DNA from: Candidatus Oxydemutatoraceae bacterium
GTDB lineage: Bacteria; Pseudomonadota; Gammaproteobacteria; Poriferisulfidales; Oxydemutatoraceae
DNA: 64,000 bases
Direction of reading: 5' to 3'
Assembly: GCA_965220085.1 (NCBI GenBank)
Contig: CBDCOZ010000003.1
Location: forward strand, 1,408,001 to 1,472,000
Shown here: positions 32,537 through 43,600 of the stretch, piece after piece
Numbering within the stretch: the stretch's first letter is position 1
Layout: each line of letters opens with the position of its first letter
Notes under the pieces: model-generated
What the model was told of the DNA's origin: nothing
What the model saw: only the letters and a program-made list of their open reading frames with translations
The model's database searches: none
Position numbers and translations under genes: made by a program

Positions 32537-33295
32537 GAACTTTTGGAATGGCTCTATAAATTCCGTTAGCATTTTATCTCTACGTTTTTCTGCTTGTGAC
32601 ACAAATCTATGCAGATAGTCTTTGCACCACCGCTTTGGACTCCTTTTGTATGACTGGTCAAGATCTTTAACATGAAATTGAATCTGCATGGCGGCAGCCC
32701 AATTTATGTAAAGCGAAACAGGATCCGTTTTGAATAGTTCCTTAATTGATGCTCCGAAACATTTCAGATTTTCACCTTCAACTCTCCAAGTTATATCAAT
32801 ATAGGTTATATCATGCGATGAAAAATTTCTTGTTTCTAACATAAAAGCCGCCATTTTTGCGAGTTTATACGAAGAAATGATATTTGGCGGTTGTCCGCCA
32901 AGATCAAGGTTATGTGTCTTCACATCAATCAGATTAAAAAAATCCTTTCCGATTACAATGATATCCGCCGTATCGTTTTGCTTTTCTACAAACAGGTTTT
33001 TTGGACTCCATGTCTCGGTCGCATCCTTTCCCCGATTAAGAAGGAAAGCAAGTGCGGGCGGGCTAATCAAATTCAAACGATCCTCTACGGAAACAACTTT
33101 TGGAGCCTCGGAATAAATCTTATTTAATAGTTCATACTGACGAAATGTCTTCTCATTGTACTTTTCTTTAATAAGTCGGTAAACATGCTTGTCAAATGGC
33201 TCACCTGCTGCGTGTCCTGAAAGAGTACCAGAAACTGGCTTTGGCACAAGCATGCCAATAAGCTCTTTTTCTAAAAATCTAATGCTTAAATTCAT
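32528..33295 (-). CDS. HincII-family type II restriction endonuclease (GTYRAC-type by homology)
   Basis: SGTLSGHAAGEPF, EKQNDTADI, DVKT..PNIIS.YKLA and LYINWAAAMQIQFHV match motifs I recall from R.HincII. Confidence 0.9.
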   Translation of the reverse strand: MNLSIRFLEKELIGMLVPKPVSGTLSGHAAGEPFDKHVYRLIKEKYNEKTFRQYELLNKIYSEAPKVVSVEDRLNLISPPALAFLLNRGKDATETWSPKNLFVEKQNDTADIIVIGKDFFNLIDVKTHNLDLGGQPPNIISSYKLAKMAAFMLETRNFSSHDITYIDITWRVEGENLKCFGASIKELFKTDPVSLYINWAAAMQIQFHVKDLDQSYKRSPKRWCKDYLHRFVSQAEKRRDKMLTEFIEPFQKFLK

Positions 33296-33298
33296 AAT

Positions 33299-33520
33299 TT
33301 AATTTATGAAATAACCTATTGGCTTCTGATAAACTTTTGCAAACAGTTTTACTTCTGCAACATCAACCCGCCTTTCGCCCCTTTCAATTTTTGAAACATA
33401 AGACTGCGGCTTGCCAAGTACTTTGGCAACATCTGCCTGTTTCAAGCCAGCTTCAAAACGCGCCTCTTTGAGGCGTTCTATCACATTTTGATACTCTTTT
33501 GTGTAAACAGAATTTCTCAT
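33299..33520 (-). CDS. XRE-family HTH regulator, probable R-M controller (C) protein
   Basis: LKEAR..AGLKQADVAKVLGKPQSYVSKIERGERR; 3 bp upstream of and co-oriented with the REase. Confidence 0.85.
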   Translation of the reverse strand: MRNSVYTKEYQNVIERLKEARFEAGLKQADVAKVLGKPQSYVSKIERGERRVDVAEVKLFAKVYQKPIGYFIN

Positions 33521-33539
33521 GCCATCATATAGTTCTAAT

Positions 33540-33576
33540 GATATAACCCATTACGGTATAACCTAAAATCGCTTAT
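33540..33576 (-). promoter_or_regulatory. Possible C-box-like tandem imperfect inverted repeats upstream of the controller gene
   Basis: ataacc-cattac-ggtata followed by ataacc-taaaatc-gcttat. Confidence 0.3.
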
Positions 33577-33796
33577 GGCATCCTCATGGCGGCTTAAGGC
33601 TTTTTCATTGCCCGTAGCGCATAGGGAGGGAATATGGCGCAACGCTCATTATTCTTCCCCCTCTCCGGCGTTGCGCGGTTGCTCCGACACGCTCCTCGCG
33701 CACCATCCTCGCAAGCACACCGGAGAGTGTGTGGTTTGGCGCAAGCCCGAAGATCTCTCGCCTTGTGTGGCGGAGTCACACATATAAGCCTCGGAA

Positions 33797-34450
33797 TTAT
33801 CGGTTTGGTTTGGCAAGCCGGTCGGCGATCTCCCCTCGGCTCTTTGTGGCAGGCTTGTTGCCGGTCTGCCCGTAGCATAGGCTTGCGGTCACTGAGGAAC
33901 GCCCCGTGTTTGCAGGTCGCGCGTCGCGCTCATCCGCCTGTTTGGGGTTCATGCCGTATTCGGAGAGGAGTCTATCCCTCAAAACGACCCCGATGAGCCT
34001 GAGGATGCTATCAACCTCTATCCCCTGTTCGTATGCCTCTGTTTCTATCTTATCCTTTGTTTCCGTATCCAACTTGCCCAACAAATCTTGTTCGGCAAAA
34101 GCAAAACAAGCCCGTTGCATTTGGCAGGCGTTCGGATTTTCCGGAACGGCTGCTTGATCCGCATATTTGTCGGCAATCGCATCGGCGCCCACCGTATCGG
34201 TAAGCTGCTTGCCGCTTTCCGTCAGGGCTGCGGGACTTTGTTTTTGCAAAAATGCGGCTTCGGGGAACCGAAGGCTGAGGAAAAGTTTGATGTCGTTGAC
34301 ATCTTTTATCACTGCGTCAAGCTTGTCTCTCCATTCCGTGTTGAAAACCGAACGCTTCTGCATATGGAAGAATATCAAGTTAACTATAATATTAGATAGG
34401 ATGATTACAACAACCCCGCTAACAATATATTCTAAGTTTAATGTGCCCAT
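33797..34450 (-). CDS. Hypothetical protein with an N-terminal transmembrane helix
   Basis: AGGAG RBS before the ATG; hydrophobic IVSGVVVIILSNIIVNLIFF followed by a soluble, probably helical region (QSPAALTESGK...). Confidence 0.7.
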   Translation of the reverse strand: MGTLNLEYIVSGVVVIILSNIIVNLIFFHMQKRSVFNTEWRDKLDAVIKDVNDIKLFLSLRFPEAAFLQKQSPAALTESGKQLTDTVGADAIADKYADQAAVPENPNACQMQRACFAFAEQDLLGKLDTETKDKIETEAYEQGIEVDSILRLIGVVLRDRLLSEYGMNPKQADERDARPANTGRSSVTASLCYGQTGNKPATKSRGEIADRLAKPNR

Positions 34451-34648
34451 CTGTTTCTCCTGTTCGGGTTTCGATATGGGCGATTGTTACGGGCAACCGC
34501 CACCGGCTGCACGGCAATTAAGCCGTAAGATATGTTGCTACTTCCCCCCTCTTTTCCACTCTTTTTTTGTGCTTATGTTCTTCAAATCTTCTGCCTTTCA
34601 TCGCCGATATAATACCTTCTGTCGCAAAGCAAACACGGAACCCTCGAG

Positions 34649-37600
34649 TTACCGCAACGGTCCTTCCAGGAAGATCCGCAAGCGCAGGCGAATGCCGGCG
34701 GTACCTCCGACCTCTATGCTGATTGTGCCGCTGGTACTCTCACACTGCGCGCCATCGGTCGCGCTTACCCTTACCCTATGCATCTGATTGGGCTCCGGGG
34801 CAGCTTTGAATGCAAGGTTAAATGTGCCGTCCTGTTCTTTGACAGCAAACAGCGTATTCTCTTGCTCGCCGTCGTCATTCACAACAGCGAAAACAAAATT
34901 ATCGTCGGCGCAAGTCCCCGTATTCAATAGCCCTACCGTTGCCACAAAAGTCTCCGGAGGGGTAACCGCGACCCTGTCAAGGGGGGTATTGCCGAGGGGG
35001 TCATTGATTATCACCATAAAGTCCGCGGATACTTCTGTCGTGGTCGTGACATATGCCCAGTCGCCATAAAGTGACTCCTGTCCCGTCCCCCGCTCACCTC
35101 TTGCCTGTACCCCTATCCCATACGCTGTCTCAGGAATCAAGTCCCCAAAGGTGTACTTTGTTGCCGTTACCCTCTTCTCGACCATCATGGCGTTGTCTGA
35201 GTCCTGATCGCAGGTCGCTACGTCAGGACCGGAACAGATAAAGAGTCGATAATCCCGAGCCGGCACACGACGCATGGGGTCCGCCGCGGGAATTTGCCAC
35301 GTCACATCAATGCTTGTCGCGGTCGGAGTCGCGGTAACATTTTGCGGCGCGGACGGCGGATTACGATTGTCTGCCACGGTAACCGTTACCGGAAACTCGT
35401 CCGCGGTCAGGCAGGTTTCGCCGGAATTGGCCAAGCCCAATCTCACCATGTATTGCCCAGGTGACACAATGAATTCGGGTGTTGGCTGGCTTCCCGTGAA
35501 AGAAAGATTGCCGTCGGAATCAATCTTAAAATTATGGGCGCCGAGGCCGATCCGATGAAATTCAACGTCACTGCATTCTGCCGGCACAGGATCCCCCGGA
35601 TTCATGCCTGACACATGGTATTGATAGCGACCCACCGCGGTATCTGTCGTCGGAACCTCGGGCGCCTGATCGCCGGTTATGACCAAGCGAATGGCAGGCT
35701 GGGTGGCAACCGGAAGCTCCGCCGACCAAGCGCTCACACCGCGCACATTCGCCGCCCGTACCCGCGCCTTATAAGCAGTTTCAATCGTCAAGCCGGCGAT
35801 GGTCGCCGTGAGGGCGAGGTTGGCGCTAAGCGTTACCGGCATCCAATCGTTGGCCTCGTCACAGTCGCTCGCAAGGCAATACTGCAACTCATATCCGGTA
35901 ATATCCGCGCCGCCATCAAACGGCGCGGGCCACGTTACCGTGATCGTGTTCTGCGTTGCGGTCGAACTGGCGAAGGTCGGCGTGGTGGGCGCGACGCGCT
36001 CATCTTCCGACACTTCGATAATAAAGGCATCGGTATCGGTTAAACCGCCGCTGTCGGTCACCGTTACGACTATCTCAGTATCTCCGACATCGTCATCGTC
36101 CGGGCGACCGCCGAAGGTGCGCGTCTCGGGATCAAATGTCACCCATGTTCCCTCCAAGATGCCTCCGCCTGGGAGCGCCGCGCTATAGGCAAGCGTCTCC
36201 TCCGTATCACCGGCATCGGGATCAACCGCCGGCGGAATTTGATAGTCAAGCATTTCGGTGTTTGCGGTTACCGAAATCGGACTCAGTGCCGGCAATTGCG
36301 GGGCTTCGTTGACATCAGTCACCGTGAGCGTCACGTTGAGTTCCGCGCTCTGCGCGGGGTCCTGCGAAGTCGCGGTGACTATGACCTCATAGACAGGGGC
36401 GCGGCCTTCGGCTTCAAAGTTGAGGCCGTCTCCCGCCAGCGACAAGCGCCCGCTATTTGCGTCAATGCCAAACACGGCGGAATCGGTTCCGGCGATGCCG
36501 AAAGTCGCGCCGTCAATGCCCGGCGTCGCATAAAAGATGCCGGTGTCGGCGGTATTCTCTGCGACTGTTATCGCCCGCGGGCCGTCAACCCGTAATATAT
36601 TGACGATGCTGACTTCAAACTGTTGCCTGCCCGTCTCACCGTCTTGATTGGTCGCTGTCACAGTAATCACGACCGCAGCGGTACTCTGTTGATGTGCTTC
36701 AAGCCGTGCCATATCCGTGCCCTCCAGCGTTGCCGAAACGACATCTGTCGACGCCGATGCGACCGAGTAAGTCAAACCGTTATTAGTAGGATCTGTAAAG
36801 CTATCTGCTATGGAAATTGTCTCTGAGCCGCCTTGCAGAATGCGCACATCCTCCAAGAGCGTACCAAATCTTGGCGCCCTAGCAGACAATGTTTGTCCGG
36901 TACCGGCATCCGACCAGTCGCCGGTGCCTTCGGCGTTCGTCGCCCGCACCCGCGCAGCGTATTCGGTATCCGCTGTCAGACCTGTAATTCTGGCGTTTTC
37001 ACCGGCGCCGGTATGCGGCCACTCGGTCCAATTGGTATCGGTACTATTGCGATATTCCACATCGTAGTCGTCGATGGCAGGGCCCTGATTCTCCGGCGCA
37101 TTCCACCTCACTTCCACCTCCGTCGGACCGGCGCCCGCGACTGTCGGCGCCGCCGGCGTTCCCGGCGCTTCGGTATCATCATCAACCAGGGTCACCGTCA
37201 CGGCCAGCTCGCCCGAACACCCGCCATTGCTGTCGGCGGCCATTATCATGATCTCATGCGTTCCGTCCGCGCCCTCATCTTGCGGTCTTTCAAAATCAGG
37301 CGCGTCCGCAAACATCAGTCGGCCGCTTGCGGCGTCAATCTCAAACAGTCTGCGATCGACACCGCCGAGCGAGAATCCGATATCGCCGCACAATGACGCG
37401 GAGTGAGCGCCGATGCGATACGCGTCGGCGGCAATAGTCCGCATGTTTTCGGTCGCCGTAGACGACGCCGCGCCGTCTACGGTCAATGCAAAGTTGTCGG
37501 TTCTGGTTTGGGTCGGAGCCGACCACTTGCCTTCGCCTTCGCTGTTATCGGCCCGTACCCGCACGTCATATCCGGCGCCGGCGACAAGGTTGGCAATAAT

Positions 37601-40600
37601 CGCGGGCGCGCCCGCCATTCCGGCGCCGTGCAAGCGCCAATCGCTCTCGCCGCTGCGGCGATATTCGACGGCATAGCCGGAAACATTCGGTCTGTCGGCG
37701 GTATCCGGTTCGGTCCAGGTAACCAGCAAGGTGCCGTCGCCGCTCGGTTGGGCCGCCACGCTGCCCGGCGCATCCGGCGGCTCGGCCGCATTCGTAATCG
37801 TAACCGTCGCCGACAAACGCACTTCAAAAGTTCTGCCCGCTTCCAGCCTCTCCAGAGTATCCCTCAATACGGCGACGACGGTCAGTTCATAGACGCCGTT
37901 ATCATCGGCATCCTGCGGCGTCTCGTAATCCTGCGGCTGTTGCAACGCTATGCGATCCAATTCGGTCAGCGCAAAGAATCTCGCGTCTTCCCCTTCAAGA
38001 GACCACGAGACAATCTCAAAGCTGGCGGCGCTGCCGGCAAAATCATACCTCTGCCCTATTGTGCCGGTGCTGTTCTCGGCAATCTCCGCCATCTGATCCG
38101 CCGGGATCAGTTCGGGCAAGCTGATTACATTGATCACATATTCGCGCGTATTTGCCCCGTCCTCCGATGTGACCTCAACCGTGACCTTGCTCACTCCGAC
38201 AGACAGAGTGACACGGGCGCCGATGATTTCGACCTCATCCTTCAATATTCTTACCGTCGCGCCTTCGGCTGTCGTGACGGCGGTAATATTCGCTTCGGTC
38301 ACGCCAACTTGGGCGACATATTCGGCGGTGTCGCTATCAAACGCGGGCTCCAACCGTCCGCTATCCAGCGACAAGTCGGCCAAAGTAGCCCTTGAGTCGG
38401 GCGAAGCAAATTGTGCGCTGCGAATTCTTTCAAAGCCATCCGCTACGACGGCAACCTGATAATTGTGGGCGGCGCCATCAGTCGCGCCGCTATCGGCATA
38501 TGTCGCTTCGGAGTCGCCCGGCGCGGCGGGGGTTTGTCCCGACGCAATGCTCTCGCCATCGCGGTAGACGGCATAACTCAGGTTTGTGGCGCGCGCCGAG
38601 TTTGCGGGCGATGTCGACCACGTCAGCGCGCGGCTGGCGCCGCTGCCGACGACGACCAAGGTCGGCGCCTCGCGCAGTTGCAAGCCGAACTCCTGCCACG
38701 TCGCCGTGTTGTCGTTGTCAAAATCGGCTTTCAATGCGGGGTATTGTTGCGCGCTGCCAAAGTCCCACACATCGATGCCGTCGTCATCCCAGGGTTCGTA
38801 GATGAGCTCATAAGCGGTCGGCTGGCGCAGTATGTCGCCGCTATGCCCGGTCACTCCGCTTACGCTGCCGACGGGCGAGCCGGCGGAGGCATCCAGACCG
38901 GCCGCGCCGCTATCCCAATAGCTGTGGGTAATGTTGCTGCCCCCGAAGAGGAAGCCGACAAAGCCGCCCGCATCCCTGTTGACCGCCATCGGCGAAGATG
39001 TATTGCCGGTCACCGCCGAAGACGCGTAGCTATAACGGACTGCCGTCGTCGACCCCAAGTAGCCAATCAAGCCGCCGGCATAGCTGAATCTCGCATTCAC
39101 AAAGCTCGACGCGTAGGAATAGCTTACTTGACCGCCCGCGCTATATCCCGCCAAACCGCCGATATTTCCTCCTCGGCCGGCAACGGCTCCCAGCGCATAG
39201 CCGACCGTGACAGAGCCGGCATTGGAGCCGACCAAGCCGCCGCTATACGTGTTGCCGGTTACGGTCGCCGCAGCGTACGCCGCGCTCAATCTGCCCGCGC
39301 TGACGCCGACCAGAGCGCCGGTGTTCCTGTTGCCCTCGACATGACCCTCAACGCCGATATTGCGCAACTCGGAAGCGGCGTTGATGTTGCCAAACAAGCC
39401 GACATCGTCTTGGGCGCCTCTGGAAATATACAGATCCGATATGACATTCCCGTTGCCTTCAAAAGTCGCGGCAAATGTTCCGGTGCTCGCGATCGGCAAC
39501 CAGCCTTCGCCGCCGCCCGACTGCGCCCACGCGGAATTAACCGCGCCGGAGGCATAATCCGCCGCCGTCTCAAAGTTGAGGCTCCGCGTCAACTCATAGC
39601 CGCTACAACCCGCCGCCGCGCACACATCGCCGATAGCGGTGATATCGGGGAACGCGGCCTCATAGCTTGCGGCATCGTCCGCGCGATCCGCTTCGCCGTC
39701 GCCATCCAAGTCATGGCGAATCGCATCCAACTGCTCCAGCGTCGTCACTTCGATCAGGCGATCACCGTCCGTATCGTGTCCGGCAACCAATCGCAACGAG
39801 ATATTTATCTGCGCCGATTGCGGCGGCGTCCCGTCATCGCTCACGGTAACGATGATTGACGTGACGCCGATATCGCCCGCTTGCGAATCGCCCGCGAAAG
39901 TACGGGTATCGGCGGCAAATGTCAGCCAGTCCGGCAGGGTCGTCGCCGCATATGTCAGCGCGGAACCTTCGGGGTCGGTTGCGGCGGCGATGGCAAAACT
40001 CACCGGATGACCGGCGACGAGCACCCGCTCGGGCTCATCGCTTGCCGCCGGCGCTTCGTTCACATTCGTAACCGTTACCGTCACCGTCTCATCATCCTCC
40101 TGCGCATCGGTTCTGGATTCGGCGGTCACCGTCAGTTCGTATGTATTGTCGCCATCGGCGTCGACCGGCGCTTCAAAGTCAGGCGCGGTTACGAACGACA
40201 ACTCGCCGTCGTTATTAATCGCAAATGCGGACGCATCGGCGCCTGTGAGCATCAGATCCGCCGTAAAGCTCTCCGGCACCGAGAAGACCAAGCCGGTCGC
40301 GACGGTATTCTCAGCGACATTGACAGCCGACAAACCGTTGGCCTCGCTCAACACGAACGGTTCGGAAACGGTTACGTCAAACGACTGCTCGGCCACTCTG
40401 TCATCAGCATCCTCCGCCGTGACTCGTATCGATGCCGTGCCGACCGCTACCGCGGTGACAATCAACCTGTCATTGACATTCACTACTGCCGTTGCAACAG
40501 CGCTATCGTCGGAGGACGCGCCAAAGGTCAACCCGCCGGTGGCTCCCGTTTCAAAATAGTCATCCAAAACAATCGGCGCGGGCACAGCTCCGAGCAGCAG

Positions 40601-43600
40601 ATCCAGATCCGGCAACAACTGAGTCACTCTCAGCGCGTCCGTTTCGGCGGTGCGGCCGGTACCCGGCGGCGACCAGCCGCCGATGCCTTCGTCACTATTA
40701 GCGCGTACCCGCGCCTGATATGAAGTGTTTTCTGCCAGAGTGCCGGAACTTATTGTGTCTTGGTTGATTATGACGCTCGGCTCGGTCGGCGTAGTAGAGA
40801 GCGGTATCCACTCGCTTGGGGTGGATTGACGATATTGCACATCGTAATGCGTAATCGGCGGACCTTCATTGAGCGGCGGCTCCCAACGTGCTAATAAGCT
40901 GTCGCTCGACGCCGCAGTTACCATCGGCGCAGTCGCCGTTGTCGGCCGCTCTATCACATCATCCACTGTTATCTCAACCGGTAAAGTGCCGACACAACCG
41001 CCGGATGGGTTAGCGGCACGGATGGTCACATCGTAGGTGTTATCACCGCCACTATCCAGCGGAACTTCATAATTCGGCGCATCAACAAACTGCAATGCCA
41101 CTGTTGTCCCCGGCGATGCATGCATCACTTCGATAACGTTAAACAAGCCGCCGTCAATGCCGTGAGCGGAGAACTCAATGTCACCGCTACCGCAGGCCGC
41201 ACTGTAGCCTGTCACCGCATAAAGCGTACCCACCACCGTATTCGTCTCGGTTGTAGTAAATGCTGTCAAACCGCTGATATCCAATGCTATTTGTTGCGTC
41301 CGGCCTTCGCCAAAACCCGACCAGCCACCGGCGCCTTCGTCGTTCTTCGCCCGCACCCGCGCCCTGTAAGTCGTACCCGCTTTTATGTTAGTACTCACCG
41401 CCAGCTCCAGCGTATTGTTATCGGTGTTTGCTGTTGCTGTCGTCGCTATGCCATCGCTGTATTCCACATCGTAGCCGGTCAGCGGCGGTCTGCCCGTATT
41501 AATCGGCGCACCCCAGTTAATAACGATGCTGGACGGCGAATCGCTCGTCACGGTCGGCGCCGAAGGCGGTAACGGCGGTTCGTCCGTATCGCTTACCACA
41601 ACCAGAACATTCAACTCTTGCGCTGTGCCGCTTGCCGGTGTAAACACCACCCGCACATTGTAAATATTGTCGGTATTTGCATCAGCCGGGGTCTCGTAAT
41701 CCGGGGAGTCATTAAAGAAGAGCGTGCCATCCTGCTCGATATTAAACAAGGCACTGTCTGAGCCGCTGACACTCCAAGTACCCGTCCCGCCGGAGGTGCC
41801 ATATGTTGCGACCGCGGCACTTGTGTTCTCCGGGTAAAGCCGTCGGGCATCGCCGCTGATCTGCGATTCACGCGTTATCCGTAATGTATAAACCGTGGTC
41901 GTCATTGCATCTTCGGCAAGCGCGCTCAGGACGATCGTATTCACGCCCAAGGCCAGCCCCGAGACCGTCAGATTATCAACTTGCAAGGCATCGCCCGTCG
42001 CCGCCGTGCCGCGCAGCCGCGCCGTCGCATTGGGGTGTTCAAACTCCGCCGCAAGCGTCACCGCTTCCGTCTCCATGGCGACTGTCGCCGCATATTCAAA
42101 GACGGCGCTATCAAACGCCGGGGTCAGCGCCGTCGCCGGCGCGGCGATCGATACGGCGACCGCATTGGCGTTATTTGACGGCGAGACGACGACATCACTG
42201 TGCACGGAATGCCCGCCGTAAGCGCCCGCCGAGACGCTGTATTCGTATTGCGCGGACGCGGTCGCTCCGGTATCGGTGAACGAGGTCTTATCGGTCACCG
42301 TCGTCACCAAGGTCTGATCGCGATAAACCGCATAGGTGATCGCGGGCGGCGAGTTCCACGCAGAGGTATCCGCCGGCCCCCAGCTCAGCGTTCTCGTCGT
42401 GCCGGCGCCGACAACCGCTATCCCCGGCACTTTTTCACGCAACTGATATCCGAACTCCTGCCAGGTGGCCTCGCTATTGCCGTCAAAGTCAATTTTCAGC
42501 GCCGGGTATTGCTGTGCGCTGCCGAAATCCCAACTGTCGCTATTGCCGTCTGCCTCCCGGTTCCACTCGGCGTAGATGCCGGCATAGTCTGTCGGCAATT
42601 GTAATTCGGCGGTCGTCTGGCCGACAATCCCGGGATTGTCGCTGAGAGCGACAGTCATGCCGGAAACGTCTATATCCCAGTAATTGCCGTTCTCGAAGAC
42701 ATTCGAATCGCTCAGGTTCTGGTCCCAGCCTATAAAACCGCCGGTGCGAACGAGAGGGGAAGCATCCGAAAATACGATAGCGCGCGAATAGGCGCTGCGC
42801 ACCTCAGTAAGGAGCACTGCGCGCCCTATCAAGCCGCCTATCGCGCGTCCTCGCCCTTGTATGCGACCCGCGCTGTACACATGATTCAATCTTCCTTTGA
42901 TAACGGCGCTTGTTGCTTCGGAAACGCCCACAATGCCGCCAACCCCCTGATTAAATCCGACGCGGGCGGCCGTATAACTGTGGTTGATGGGGCCGGCGCA
43001 ATGCCAGCCGACCAATCCGCCGACTCTGCTCAACTGCGAAAAGCCAGTGGTGTGGCTGATACTGGCAAGCGAATAGACACGCTTGATGGCGGTGGGGGGG
43101 GCGATGACGGCGCCTTCGGCGCAGGCGGTTCTGCCGCTCAGAGCGCCGAAGTTCTGGCCGGCGCCGCTGAAAGTGAGCGCGCCGGTGATACCGAGGTTGC
43201 GGATTTCATTTGCTATGCTGCCGAACAAACCATAACCGTCGACGCCGACATCGCTCCGGTTTATGTGCAGGTTATAAATAGTATGACCGTTGCCGTCAAA
43301 AACGGCGCTGAAGCTGTCGGCATCTGAGCTAATCCGGCCAATCCGTTCCCAGCCTTCGCCGCTCGTCCAGCCGCTCATGTTGGCGGCGGCGCCGCCGTAG
43401 TCGGCAGGGTCATTGAAGTCCAGATTGCGCGTCAACTCATAGCCGACGCAACCGCTGCCCGTCGGGCAACCCATGTCGTCGGCAAGCGCGGCGGGGAACG
43501 CCTCCGCGTAATGCGCCTGCGCGCCCGCCGCGGGCTTACCGTCGCCGTCAAGGTCCCAACGCATCGCGTTGAGTTGCTCCAGGACGGCGACTTCTATCAG

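Larger units (their letters stand above)
27300..33580. mobile_element. Low-GC restriction-modification defence island next to tRNA-Ser; no integrase visible
   Basis: Abrupt shift to AT-rich sequence just after the tRNA 3' end; three R-M units plus decayed fragments. Confidence 0.7.
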
